Positions 1-13,600 of a DNA stretch of 51,676 nt are shown one piece after another. Below the pieces are notes generated by a model. That model saw nothing but the letters and a program-made list of their open reading frames with translations. It did not search any database and had not been told where the DNA came from. Where the stretch lies: NCBI GenBank assembly GCA_964255285.1, contig CAXUUL010000034.1, positions 1-51,676 of the forward strand. The letters are read 5' to 3'. The stretch's first letter is position 1; each line of letters opens with the position of its first letter. The position numbers were made by a program, and so were the translations under genes. Source of the DNA: Ionaspis alba. Taxonomy: Eukaryota.

Positions 1-139
1 CCCCCAAATCCCCCAAGTCCCCCGCCATCTACGTACATCCGGTGCTCTTCCCGTTCCTCGAAGCAGCCATAGCGTGGGAGTCGTGCGATGCTTGGCACCT
101 TGTCATTCGTCATGATCAGACCCCGCCAAGTGAGTAATC

Positions 140-148
140 TTATCAGAT
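140..148 (-). promoter_or_regulatory. Putative SreA/Sre1 iron-repressor GATA box (ATCTGATAA)
   Basis: TTATCAGAT at 140-148 reads ATCTGATAA on the minus strand, an exact match to the ATCWGATAA consensus of fungal iron-responsive GATA repressors. It lies about 115 nt upstream of the ATG of a siderophore transporter. Confidence 0.65.
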
Positions 149-261
149 CATCTGTTCAAGACCCGGGCAAAGGCCCGGTGCAATCAGAAAAGAAAAAGAA
201 AAACTTGTCGAGATTATCCTGTTGGGTTGCAATCTTCCTGTTCTGATATAACTTCCCTTTG

Positions 262-2381
262 ATGGAAGAGAATCGCACTGCTCCGCAAGGACGATACGAT
301 GGAGATGGCGACTCCTTGAGTTCTAACGAAACCCAAGCGGGTGTGAAAAATATTGAAGTCATCAGCCAGACATGGACGAAATGGTCATTGATATCCGCTT
401 ATGTTGGGTGAGCGTCTCACGAACATTCCTATGTTACGAATTCTCGCATATCTTGACAGCTTCTCGTCGTCCTTCTCGTCGACCTCTACGCCTATGTTTT
501 CTTTGTCACGCTGAAGCAAGCCAAGCCCATTGCATGGGTCAGCCGGTTTGACTGTGTCCATGCAGTATCTTTTTCCTAGCTTGTGTGACCTCTCTCGAGC
601 AACAAACCACCATCAACTTGACGGTCTACGCCACGAGTGACTTCTCTCTTCATTCCCTGGTCTCCACGGTCTATGTAGTCCAGGGTGTGGTCAATGGTAC
701 GTACCTGAAGTGCCTGTACTTGTCTCTTCACTTTACGACCCAGTCTGACCTTTCCGCAGCCGTCATCAAGCCTCCCATGGCTAAGATTGCCAATGTTTTC
801 GGTCGTCTGGAGGCGTTCAGTTTCAGCGTCCTCCTCTATATCATCGGAGACATCCAGATGGCCGCATCCAACAACGTCGAGACCTTTGCCTCCGCCCAGA
901 TCTTCTACTCGGCCGGTTCCACAGGCATTCAGATCCTGCAGCAGATCTTCATCGCTGACACGAGCGATCTCTTGAACCGAGCACTGTTCTCCAGCCTCCC
1001 GGATGTGCCATTCCTCGTCACCGTGTGGATAGGAGCACCGATCGCACAAAACCTCCTCGGTTATTCTACCTGGAGATGGGGCTATGGAGTTTGGCCGATC
1101 ATCCTTCCAGTCGCTTTCCTGCCTTTGGCATTGGCTTTGTTCCTGAACATGAGGAAGGCTTCAAGACAAGGCGTTTTACCTTCATCCCCATTCAGGGGCC
1201 TCAGCGTTGGCAACGGCCTCCGAAATCTTTGGTTCGATCTCGACGTGATGGGCTTGTTGCTGCTGTCGGCTGCTGTCGCCTTGATCTTGATACCACTGAC
1301 TTTGGCTGCACGAGCCAGCGGTGGTTGGCAAAATGGCAGCATCATAGCAATGATTGTCATCGGATGTGTTTGTTTGGTCATTTTCCCTCTTTGGGAGTCA
1401 AGCAGCAAGCTCGCGCCTCGGCCATTTTTGTCTCTGCGGATGCTCACCAACCGCAACGTCCTCGCGGGCTGTGCCATTGGCTTCTTCTATTTCGGTGAGC
1501 TCGCCCCTTATGAAGAGACCAGGTTTCCATCTAACTTGAGTCAGCCGTCTTTTACACTTCCGTGCAGCCATACTTCTATTCATATCTGCAGGTTGTGCAA
1601 GGTCAGTCTATCACGGCAGCCGGCCACATTACTCAGACCTTCTCCTTCACATCGGTCGTCTCCTCGATCATCATATCTCTGATCATCAAGTATACCAAGC
1701 ACTACAAATACTACGTGACCGCTGGAGCTGCCATTTATTTGTTGGGTATTGCTTTGATGATTCGATATCGAGTTGAGGGTAGCACGACTTCTCAGATCGT
1801 CGGTACTCAGATTGCAGTTGGCATCGGGGGAGGGATGTTGAATGTGCCCGCTCAGTTGGGCGTTCAAGCAGCTGTGAGCCACGGAGATGTTGCTGCGGCC
1901 ACTGCCATCTTCTTAACCGTGGTCGAGATTGGCGGAGCAGTGGGCTCGGCGATTTCTGGAGCGGTATGGACGGCCAATGTTCCAACGAAGCTGAGTGCTT
2001 ACCTACCAGCCAACGCACAATCGGAGGCGCTCAGCATCTTCGGTAACCTGACTCTTGCGCAGTCATTTCCCATGGGTAGCCCTGAAAGAATGGCCATCAA
2101 CCTTGCATACCAGGAAACAATGAACATTCTGCTTATCATTGCTGTCTGTCTGGCCGTTCCGTTGATTCCACTGAGCATGGTCATGAGGAACTACAAGCTT
2201 GATGAGGTAAGCTCCTGCGGACCTTCCGTGCATTTGGACTCGTTAATGAATCTTTCAGATTGACCAGAAAGTGAGAGGTCTGGTCATTGGCGACAGCAAA
2301 CGGGACGAGGCTGTTGCAGGCGTTTCCAACGGGCAGGATGCTTCAGCCAAGAGAAGCATCCTCGGCCGTCTTCGTCGATGA
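262..2381 (+). CDS. Siderophore-iron transporter, MFS ARN/SIT (MirB/Str-like) family
   Basis: Exons 262-407, 566-696, 760-1494, 1545-2206, 2259-2381 with GT-AG introns. Motifs QAGVKNIEVISQTWTK, KPPMAKIANVFGR, FIADTSDLLNR and WRWGYG, plus many hydrophobic helices, are typical of the ARN family. Confidence 0.9.
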
Positions 2382-3231
2382 GGTTCGAACATGTATGAAG
2401 TAATGAAGAGTTAGTCGACAATTTTGCATAGACAGCAGTATGCATAGATATGGTTTTGGGCAGGTGTACATGTGACGAGTGCTATAGGTTTGGAAAAGCT
2501 TGATTGGAAACTGGAAAGTCTGATGATTGAAAATTGAAGCTTCGATAGACTTATCTAGTTTCATATGCATCTAGTCTAGCACTAATAACATATGGTTCGT
2601 CGTTGTGGTTTTGTCTAGACAGGATTTGGCCTTGAAGGAGATGTCCGATAAGACCAGCTCGACTCGGTCTCCATCACGGGGTGGTAGGAGCAGCACAAGG
2701 TAAGGTTAGAGTATAGTGCGGTGGAAGAGGCCATTGCGAGTCTAGATGCTGCCGGAAAAAAAGGAGAATTTAGACTATTGGCGGGTTGGACTCCACGGGC
2801 ATGTCGATGTACATGTTAGGGTCTACATATCCTCGAGACTGCTTCGGTACACCTACATTGGCGAGCCCGGCTGTCTGACCAATGCAAGTCTCCAGTGGCA
2901 GCTCAAGCAATGATTCGCTGTTGGGAGGCAGTTGCCCGGGATTGCCATATCGCATCTAGAATAGGCGGGCGGGAAGAAAGAAAGCTTGGGCCGGTCTCAA
3001 ACTTCATCTCCTACCTCCAAATTGATCCCTATCGTCTTTCCATTATCCACCCCATTCAAACCATCTTCTATAGACGTGTAAATGCAGTGTTGGCTTCCTA
3101 TTTGATACTGCTCTCTCGCCGCAGCCCGTAGGCAGCCAAGCAGGCAGCTGAGAGGCGCTTCCAACATCCCTTCGTCATTGCCTCAATTGCAAGCACCGGC
3201 TGCACCCCTTCACTTTCTCTTCTTGACGCAT

Positions 3232-3295
3232 GTGAGAACGATCCCGATATCACAGACTCGAGAAAGAATTCCAGTCACTAAATGCTAAGTTCTAG
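3232..3295 (+). other. Probable 5'-UTR intron of CDC42
   Basis: GTGAGA donor at 3232, GCTAAG branch at 3284 and TAG/CAG acceptors at 3295/3300, all upstream of the CDC42 ATG. Confidence 0.4.
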
Positions 3296-3364
3296 CCCAG
3301 CCCTGAAAGATCCAGCTCAGAGGGTGCGCGCATAACAGTCAAGGGTTTGCGGAGCATACACTAG

Positions 3365-4753
<1,389 letters not shown>

Positions 4754-6057
4754 TTGCAGAGCTGACCTTTTACACTGGCATCATCAATTTTTGACCTTGC
4801 GATTTGAAACGTTGCTCTCAGATTTTGTCTTGCATAGACTTCTCTTCTTTCCTCTTCTCGGCGGGCGAGATTGGTGTCCAGGGAATCTCTACAACTAGTT
4901 TTGCGTGTTTGAAACCTCTCTGTCTGTATGTGACGGATGTGTATGGCAATGATGGCTATCTGGCACGCTGCTGCTCCTGCTGCTGCAAGTGTCCCCGCCG
5001 GTCTTGAAAGGAGGCAGGTGGCGATCTGCTATTCATGTAGCCTGGAAACGAGAGTTCCGGAACAATCCATACTCTTTCCACTTTTCCTGCTTGCGTGATG
5101 TGTGCTCTCTGCTTCTTGCTGCATTCTGGCTGCAGTGGTCGTTCTCGTTGTGCCCGAATGGGAACATTGAAGAAATGTTGTCGGATCGACGGTGTCATTG
5201 ACAACTGTCTGGAGTACTTTGTTGAAGTCAGTGCCTGGTTGTTGGGACCGATAGAGAAGCTGCAAGTATTTACCTCGGCCTGTCGACCCAGAGTCTACTC
5301 AAGGCTCTCACTTCGATCGTTTGCTACATATCCTCCACGATGACACCTTCTAGATAGGGAGAGGAAGAAAGTTCTCTCAGATGAGCCATCATCAATGCCG
5401 CTGCAGACCTCTGTGATACATCCTCCAATGTTGCTAGAGCGAAACAGAGGTACGACCTCGGCCTTGTACCATCGTCCTCTGATTCCGGAAGACCTTAGAC
5501 AGATGTCTTGGTTGGGCAGTCACCACTCAAAATCATCTGCGCTCGGTTTTTCACATGGTGATGATGATGATTTCTGCAAAGGAATGCACTCCCCACAGAC
5601 CAGGTCCATGGGGGCCAAACGAAGGTGGCTGACCTTCACCGGCCAGTCCTTCTCTCTGAGCACTTAGCTCTCTCTGCTGCACCTAAGGAATCACAGAGGA
5701 GCATCAGTACATGTATTGGTATATACCCAAAACAACGCTAACGCAAACAGGTAAGGCGTCAGGGTAAGGGTCGGAAGTGAAAACAAGGAGGTGATGTACG
5801 AACCTTCTCGCAGCTGACAACGAGCACTCGGGAGAGTGAGTTTCGACAGAGATAGGTGAAGTCCACAAGTTTGTGAATTGTCGAAGTGATCTGATGAACT
5901 CTTTGCCAGATAAGTTCACGATAAAGGGGACCTGAAGTGAGGCTGTGACCTACGCTTTACAGAATTCCATGAAATGGATGGCGTGACCTCCGACGGAGGA
6001 TGAGAAGAGGAGCCAAACGAATGTAAGGATGATGGGAGTTGTGTAGGACTATAGTGT

Positions 6058-6236
6058 GATAAGAATTTTGTGGACGAGACGGTCTTGGCTAAGAATGTCT
6101 TGACTGAGGACATCATGGTTGAAGATATTGAGGATAGAACCGTCATGGCTAACAATAAGATGGATAAGGATAGAGGGATAAGACTATGGGGGGTAAGAAT
6201 GTTATGGATAAAAATATGGGGGATAGTAATATTGAG
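6058..6236. repeat. Degenerate 15-bp tandem array (12 units, consensus ~GATAAGAATATNATG)
   Basis: Units: gataagaattttgtg/gacgagacggtcttg/gctaagaatgtcttg/actgaggacatcatg/gttgaagatattgag/gatagaaccgtcatg/gctaacaataagatg/gataaggatagagg (14 nt)/gataagactatgggg/ggtaagaatgttatg/gataaaaatatgggg/gatagtaatattgag. Confidence 0.7.
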
Positions 6237-6472
6237 GAGAGAAAGTCAGACGGAAGCGCGAAAGAGAATTTATCCTGTGCGCGGTGCTTACCAGCCGCCT
6301 CAATCTCCCCAGCCGCTTTCGTGAGAATTAGGGTCTGGAGCCTCTCTTCAAGGGCACGCTGTCTTTCCGCTAAGCCGCAGAGACAAACACGTCTACCCGA
6401 AGCAGGATTGACGTGACTGTACCATGGCAATTACGCAAGTGCCCCTGAGCCCAATCCACGATTACCGGACGA

Positions 6473-6490
6473 AGAGAGAGAGAGAGAGAG
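6473..6490. repeat. (AG)9 microsatellite
   Basis: Direct reading of agagagagagagagagag. Confidence 0.9.
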
Positions 6491-6964
6491 CTCTTTCCGC
6501 TCTTACTAGTCCTCCGAAGCATTGCTTGAAGCAGTTCAGGTTTAACTCCAAATGGCCTGCTTTGATATCACACCCCCTGCAATGCACCTGAGTCGACGCT
6601 GCAACGTCATCATATTAGGTATATATGGAGGATAAGCTGTCCCTTGGTCTGTTCGAGTGCAAGCACAGCTCTTTCCATTCCAAATTATCTTCAGCCGCCT
6701 AGCCCTTTCCAAGCATCGGTTCTGCTCGAGAGCAACGAACGCATCCTCTTCGGACAGAACTTCAGTTCGCTAGGTACTTCAAGAGAGAGCAATTCAGTTA
6801 CATTAGAGTCATGAGGCAATCCTGACACCCGAATTAGAACTCGAACGGTACATGGCGAATGCAGAAGATTGATGCGCTTCGAATGGTTGAGCTTACAGCT
6901 AAGCAACAAGAACGAGTCCCACTTCTGCAGGCCCAGTCCATGTGCTCTCTTCTCACAGTCATGG

Positions 6965-8432
6965 TTACAACTCATCTTTGATAGTACCCTTCTCAGCCTT
7001 CTTCGGCCCTCTCGATGCCGCTACCTCTTCTCCTAAATCCCTCAACCCCTTACCAACCCAGCTGGTCAAGATCTCATACCCCACTTGCGCCGCCACCAAA
7101 GCCGTCTGCTCTCCCACCCCGTCATAAGCCGGTGCCACCTCCACAATATCTGCTCCGACAACATTTAAGTCCTCCAATCCCCTCAAGATCCTGATGACCT
7201 CCCTACTCGTCCAACCTCCTGGCTCGGGTGTCCCCGTTCCAGGACACAGGCCCGGATCCAAAACATCGATATCCAGCGATAAATACACCGGCACCTCGGT
7301 GCCCATACGCTCCATGATTGCCTCCACAATTCCTGCGGTCCCGATCTCATCGATATCGTCAGCACTGATACGCAAGAAGCCCTGGCGTTCGTCGTCGTCA
7401 AAGTCGTCCCAGCCACCACCAGAGAGGCGAGTGCGCAGCCCAGCGTGTGCCGAGGAGCCGTTGAGAATTAAACCCTCGTTGGATGCAAGCCAGAACATAC
7501 TACCATGGTTGAAGTGGCTCTGATCACTTGCCCACGCTGAGGGATACTTGGCTGGATGCCAAGTATCAAGATGAGCATCAAAATGCAAGACAGCGATAGG
7601 TTGACCATGGATCTTATTTAAAGCTCGTAGGGCCGGGAGAGCGATGCTGTGGTCGCCACCCAGGGTAAGGAGTTTGGTTCGTGGAAACGAAGGGTGTGAG
7701 AGAGCTGGAGGCCGTCTGCCGAGCTCGGAGAAGGCAGCACTCATCTGCTTTAGAGCCAATTCGTTATCGAACGGAGTTATGGGGATGTCGCCGCAGTCCA
7801 GTATTGTGAAGGGTGAAGTGTACGGGTTCAGGCCACGCCGAGGATTAAAGCCGCGGAAGGCCGTCTGTCGGGAGGAGGCTGCTCTGATGGCGCGAGGGCC
7901 GAAGCGGGCGCCTGTGGAGAGGAGGATGATCAGAGTTTGGTCTTGTCGCCGAAGAAAGATGCATGGTCAGGAGGACAGGGATAATTCAGGAATCATGGCA
8001 GAAAATAGTCATTACGCAGGACATCATTCGCCCGGCAATTTTGAGCGGGAAGGGGGTGATTTAGGTTGAAAACAATTTACCAGGCCTGTAGCTAACAGCT
8101 GTGTCAAACGGGGCTCCAATGACGCCAATATCAAAAGGTACGTCCGGATGTGTCAGGCATTTTATATGCTTGAGATGAGCAAACGTAGATATTCCGGAGA
8201 AACCCCACTACCAAGTGCCAACGTGATGTCAGGTATATGGCTTGCCTGAACTTATCAATATAACGAAAAGCAAGAAAGGGAGGCATACGTCAAAGTCCCA
8301 TTTTGCCGTTTCATCTGCCGTCGGGCTTCTCCCCACAGTGGGATCTTGCTCGGGTTTATCACAGGCTGAGGAAGTCACACCAAGCGGAACAAGGAAGACT
8401 ACAGTATTGAACAAAAGACTCGGCTTCATCAT
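6965..8432 (-). CDS. Agmatinase-like ureohydrolase (arginase family) with signal peptide and C-terminal KDEL
   Basis: Exons 8432-8289, 8207-8081, 7911-6965. Motifs [37 protein letters not shown] and [10 protein letters not shown]-terminus [23 protein letters not shown]; ends KDEL*. Confidence 0.9.
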
Positions 8433-8914
8433 AGCAGCCAGACCCAAGATCGGAAAGTAGACGTGAGGAGGAGCACTGCTTCTATGAATGAGGATTAAAT
8501 ATCTTCGCTCGGGCTTGGGAGCTATCTGATAGCGTGGGCCGATAAGCACGACGGGCGCAAGCGAGAATATTACGACGTGCCATTCCCTCCAAGATTTACT
8601 TGGTATCCATTCCACGATCCAGGCGCATTCAGCTTACGAGCAGGGTGCCAGAGCTGGCTTGACGAGCTCTTCTTGGTATTGACTGCAGTATCAAAGCCCA
8701 GAGCCCCCGATTGCACTCCCGGCTGGTGCCGTCTAAATGCAATCACTACCTGCAATCTCATCGTTCTCATAACCTCTGTATCTACGCTTGTCCTTCCCAA
8801 CCATTTCTCCCAGTCTCAACCTGTTTGTCCTCCTGCTCCACGACCTCCTTCTCATTTCCGTCGTACTCCTGGTACTTCGCAAGCTATAGTACTTTTGATG
8901 AGCTTCTAGCAAAA

Positions 8915-9313
8915 TCAAACATACCAGATGGGACGTACTTCTTTCATCAGTGTACGTCTATCAAAAGACAATGCGATCGCATCGTCCCTCAACTCCGCCA
9001 TCCTCATCTCATACTTCTTCTTCTGCACTCTCCTCCCGAGCATCAGTCGGACACGGATCTGTGAGAAGTACGCACTCGTTTCTGCGGCGCGGATGCTTGC
9101 TTCCACATCGTGGAGTTTCCGGTGGTATTGATGGTAAGTTTTAGCTGCGGCTACGATCTTGTCGCTGATAATGGTAAGTACGGTATATATCCATTCACGC
9201 TTCTGCTCTGGCGTGTGTAGGAACGTCGCTCGTTGGGCATAATTTTTGCATCTCTGGAAGGAGGCAGTGGTAGGAGAAAGGAGAGTGGTGATGTTGGGAA
9301 ATTGGGGCTGATG
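8915..9313 (-). CDS. Hypothetical orphan reading frame (needs an upstream exon; possibly a relic)
   Basis: Stop-free frame of 132 codons with helical-looking sequence and no early ATG. A CTAAC branch and AG acceptors lie just upstream. Confidence 0.25.
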   Translation of the reverse strand, partial: HQPQFPNITTLLSPTTASFQRCKNYAQRATFLHTPEQKREWIYTVLTIISDKIVAAAKTYHQYHRKLHDVEASIRAAETSAYFSQIRVRLMLGRRVQKKKYEMRMAELRDDAIALSFDRRTLMKEVRPIWYV

Positions 9314-9679
9314 CTAGGTTTTTGGGCTACCGGTGGTAGGTACGTGGCAAAGGTTAGTCTATCATCTTCTAGATAGGTAAAAAGATCTCTCGTGTCACAG
9401 TCAGTGTGTTGAATTTTGGATTAGGATTGGTCAGCGCTTCGAGTGAAGAATGGCATATGACAAATTTGAAGTCGCGGGAAGTAGATTCAGTTACCAGTTA
9501 GCGAACGTCCGCGAGCCGTGGGAGGTACAGCATTGACGGCATGAACCCTTCGTTCCCATCACAGCGCCCCTCGGGCCATTTATGCGATCTAGGCTTTGGT
9601 CTTCCGCCTCTTTGACAAAGTTGATCCCGCTGAAGTCGGGCCTACTGCCTCCGCTCTTTTTGATCCCCCCTTGAGTCCG

Positions 9680-10000
9680 TCAGCCCGATTCCGAGTCCCG
9701 TTCTCTCCAATGCGCTTCTTCGCCCGGCTTTCCGCCGCAGCTTCCATACTGCTCGTTGGTGAGCATGTGCAGCGCTTGGTGAGCAACAGCATAGGCACGC
9801 ATGGAGTCCTTGATGTGTTGCTGAATTGGTTTTAGTTCTTGCAAGCATTGAAATCGCTTCTCGTGTAATTGGCCAAGCACTTGAGTTTGCATAATGGGGA
9901 GTTTAGAAGCAGTGTGAGAACATGACTGATCTGGGGCTTCCATGAAGAGAGAAAGAACGTTCACGTACTGTACACATTGAGCCAAGATAGTTCTCCACAT
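9680..10000 (-). CDS. Hypothetical orphan ORF (106 aa)
   Basis: ATG-initiated ORF in an otherwise gene-free interval. It shares an ungapped motif with the 8915-9313 frame. Confidence 0.25.
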   Translation of the reverse strand: MWRTILAQCVQYVNVLSLFMEAPDQSCSHTASKLPIMQTQVLGQLHEKRFQCLQELKPIQQHIKDSMRAYAVAHQALHMLTNEQYGSCGGKPGEEAHWRERDSESG

Positions 10001-10664
10001 AGCGATTGGGAGTGAAGAGGTTTGCAGAGCACGAAGAGATTCAGAAGAGGCTGGAGATAGAAAAAAATAAGATCACGCACGAGTTCCATGAGACTTTTCC
10101 TGCTTGGATTGATTGCTCGCTACAACTAACGGGCTGTCTCGTCGCCTGGTGAGCAGGCCTTCAAGAAGTGGCGTCGTTCTACATTGTTCCACGTTGTTCC
10201 CGGTGCAGAAATGTGATTGACTCTCCTTTGTTGCCTCAACAATATGAGATTTCTACAAAAGCAGAGAGATAGCGGATGCTGAATTTGCACATGCGTTCAT
10301 CATAGCAGCGGGGAAGATTGCGTTACGAATACAACCACCCGAGCAATCTCGGAGAAACTCTCATAAAAGAAAGTGTATGTAATGCCAAAAAAATGAAGCC
10401 ACTGTGAAGCTCTAGAAATGCGCCGCAACCTCTAATCAATCCCGTACTACGTTGAATTCAACGCGAGATACACTTTTTTACAATCAAGCTCTATACTACT
10501 ACACTCGACCAGCATGTGCAGCAGCCAACACCAGAACGCCTTCTCGTAGCCTGAACCCGGGCCATGTACCAGAACACCATGCCTTCAAATGTCTCGATAC
10601 GGAATCCGAGTACTTGAAGATGAGGAAATATTCTGAATCAAAACCTTGGGATATCGTCCCAGTT

Positions 10665-13600
10665 CTAAGGCAAAGTCGAAAGGTCGTTCTCCTGCCTTGT
10701 GCCGGAAGGGCTGGAAACAGCACTGACAAAAGAATCTCGCGGTTGGGATTTGCCTGACAGCGGCGGCTGAAAGCTTGTCGCCGTCGTAGTGCTGTCACTT
10801 GCTGCAGATATTGGTCGGGCATCGGCGTATACCTCTGATGTCTCCGATACTGCATCGTCCTCGACCGAAGGTGGTATTGACAATTTCGAAGCGTCGACCT
10901 GAGCCGACTTTCGGAGTTTCAGTCTTTCCTCAGGTGACATATTCTGCCACTCCGACCCAAACTTGATGACCGACGCCTTCTTCCCGTGTACCACGAAGCT
11001 GCCCGTTCCCCTAGCGAGTCCTTCGTTCTCGGCAATCGAAGAGGCTTCCTCAGTCGTTCCAGCAACGGACGAAGAATCCTTTCCCTTCCTACTTCGATGG
11101 TGGTTGGGAACATGTGCATTTTGAAGCTTGCGGTGGAGGCTATGCCGCACCTTAGAGAGACTGTCGTTTCCATCCATGTCTGGATGCTTCCATTTTTCCT
11201 CGTCGCTTGTAAATTCGTGTAGCTTTGCGGACTCGGTGCTAATGCTTTCTGGAGAGACCAGACCGGCTTGAACTAGCATTTCATGATCATCCTGCTCTTT
11301 GATAGTCATAGGCGAGGCTAGGTCGGAAATGTTGTCAGTGCGAGAAGTCCGGTCGAACGTTCGATTAACATTTGTGTCTAGATTCTCGTTTCCAACTGCG
11401 GGGGAAAGCTGTGTACTCGACATTGTCGAATGTCTGCTGATCGAAACGGATCCATTCCGTTCAAAAGACAGGGGTGGGAGCTCCCAGGAGCTTTGAGGTC
11501 GGTGCTGTGATAAACGAATCCTTGATGGGGATCGAAAGATGTCTTCCATGCTGAATAGTTTTGTACCAGTGGGTTGAATGGAGGGACGAGACGCACGTGA
11601 GCCACCAATGGTGGTGGTAACGCTGCTCTTCGAGCCCAATCTGCTAAATGCAGACCTACCCTGTGCTGAAACTGAAGGCTGTGGACTGGTGATACTCGTT
11701 TGTTGCCGACTAGGAGTCTCTTCTTGGATGCCGGAAGAGAGTCTGATGTCTTCTGCAAGGTCCATGGCGAGAATATCTCGATGGCATCGTACTCGCCACG
11801 AAGCCACCCGAGCCCATCTAATCATGGTATCCAATCGTTCGGCAGCCGCCACGACCTCTTGTCTTGTATTTTGCTGGATGGGTGCGAGGATCTTTAGGTG
11901 TCTAGCGTTTCTTAGTTGGATATCCAGTTGCTTGTCGAAAGCCGTCAGCTTCTCATTTGCTTCGGCAATCTTTTGAGCCATAATTTGGCGTCGAGCCACC
12001 ATGACTTGTTGAGCGAGCACATTGTCTGATTTTCCATTCATGGTGGACGCTTCCTCGTTGGGGCCATCAAAAGGACGTGATGGTTCCGAAGACTCCTGCG
12101 ATCCGGATCCTCTTGAGCTGGCTCCTTCATAGTGACTTCCCACGACCCCTCTCATGCGCACCCCCGCAGTTCGAAATGCGGCAGCGTAGTTCAACTTTGC
12201 CAACCAGTCATTGAGTTCCGCTTCATTGTCAGCTAGCAATACCTCTTGAAAGATATTCTCCCGGGTAAACACGAAGGCATTCTTGTGTTTCCGATATTGA
12301 GAGTCTAATAATGCGACGACGTCTTCTGTCGAAAGTAGAAAATCTGGTTTAAACTGTTCCAATGGGGGGTTGAACACGACAGGAGTATTTGAGCGGCCAT
12401 GCTTGTTGTGACTATCTTGTTGGTGCATCAACGACTTTATCCATGCTGTATTTCGGAAGAAATAGAGCTGAGATCCTGTCAAAATTGCTCCCCATTCTTG
12501 CCAAGGGGATCGGGTTTTCTTCCTCTTTGTGTCCTTACGCCAAAGGATACCGACTTTAGTGACTTTCATGTCGACAACTCCAACTTGAGCTTCGGCAGGA
12601 TTTGTGATGGTGGCTTGGTGCATGAAGGCTTCAGGCCGCGATCTAGACGACAGTATCTGGATAACGCCAGATTTGAAGAACGTCCTGTGGAGGTCCGCTA
12701 TATTGATAGAAACGCCATTCGAAAGGTAGCTGAATGGATCCTGTATCACAATGATGTCGTCCAGTGCCGGTCTAAGGTCTCCAAGCTTCCCATCCAAAAT
12801 CAAGATGTATGGATCAACCGGTTCACTTCCGGTTTTCCTCAATGAAGACGTCGGGCCAGGGGGTTTCAAACCAGCTTTCCGAGGTTTCTGGACCATCATT
12901 CTTGCACCATGGATATCAACATCATCTTCAACATGAATAAACGGTGTGTAGGTAGTATTATCGTAGAAGCACTCGAGAATCTCCTGGGCGACTCCTTGCC
13001 CCTGAGTGTTTTTGGTATAGTCATGCTTTTGCATTTTTTTTTTGTTGTTCTTGTTGAAGACATCGGTATGTAAGATGAGGATAGAGAATGCGATGAAATA
13101 TGCCTCATCTACAGGTTTGTGTCAGTGACTTAGCGAGAAGGTATGGTTGCGTTACATACCCGGGGAAGTGAAAATGCCAGGATTGCACTCGTGGTACCTA
13201 TCGGCGAAGGATTGCAATGTTCGGTCTATTTGCTGTGTTTCTTTAGGTAGTTCGACGTGCATGAGCATCTTCCTAATAGCCATATCGAGTGGATCTTCAA
13301 AGAACTTGAAGCGTCGCATATAACTTCGCAACACATTCTTGGTGAATTCGTCTTCAGACTTCGAAAGTAGAGTTGCTAGTGCCCCACGACTAACGACTTC
13401 TTCAAGCCGAGCAAGATATTTGGCAGGCGTGTCTCCTTCCTGACGCTCGGGTACGACTATGCTTGGCTCACGAACAAGACTGATCGAGTTCTGTTTCGAT
13501 CCCACAGACGCAGGTGTACCAGGTGTGGCGACGCTGAACCCATTTCGTGAAAGCATTGGCTCAGAACTCTGCCTCAGACGTGAGAGATTGAAGAGGCCCC

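Noticed and set aside
697..759. Stop-free 3n intron in the transporter (likewise PDS5 30132-30088)
   Set aside because: Both have ordinary splice signals and interrupt conserved sequence. Short stop-free introns are expected by chance.
5557..5634. Possible C/D-box snoRNA (TGATGA...CTGA)
   Set aside because: The C box is part of a (GAT)n run, there are no clear C'/D' boxes, and I recognise no rRNA guide.
13034..13043. Poly-T run suggesting a frameshift in the Arf-GEF
   Set aside because: Ten A on the coding strand read AAA AAA AAA ATG in frame (NKNNKKKMQK), so there is no frameshift.
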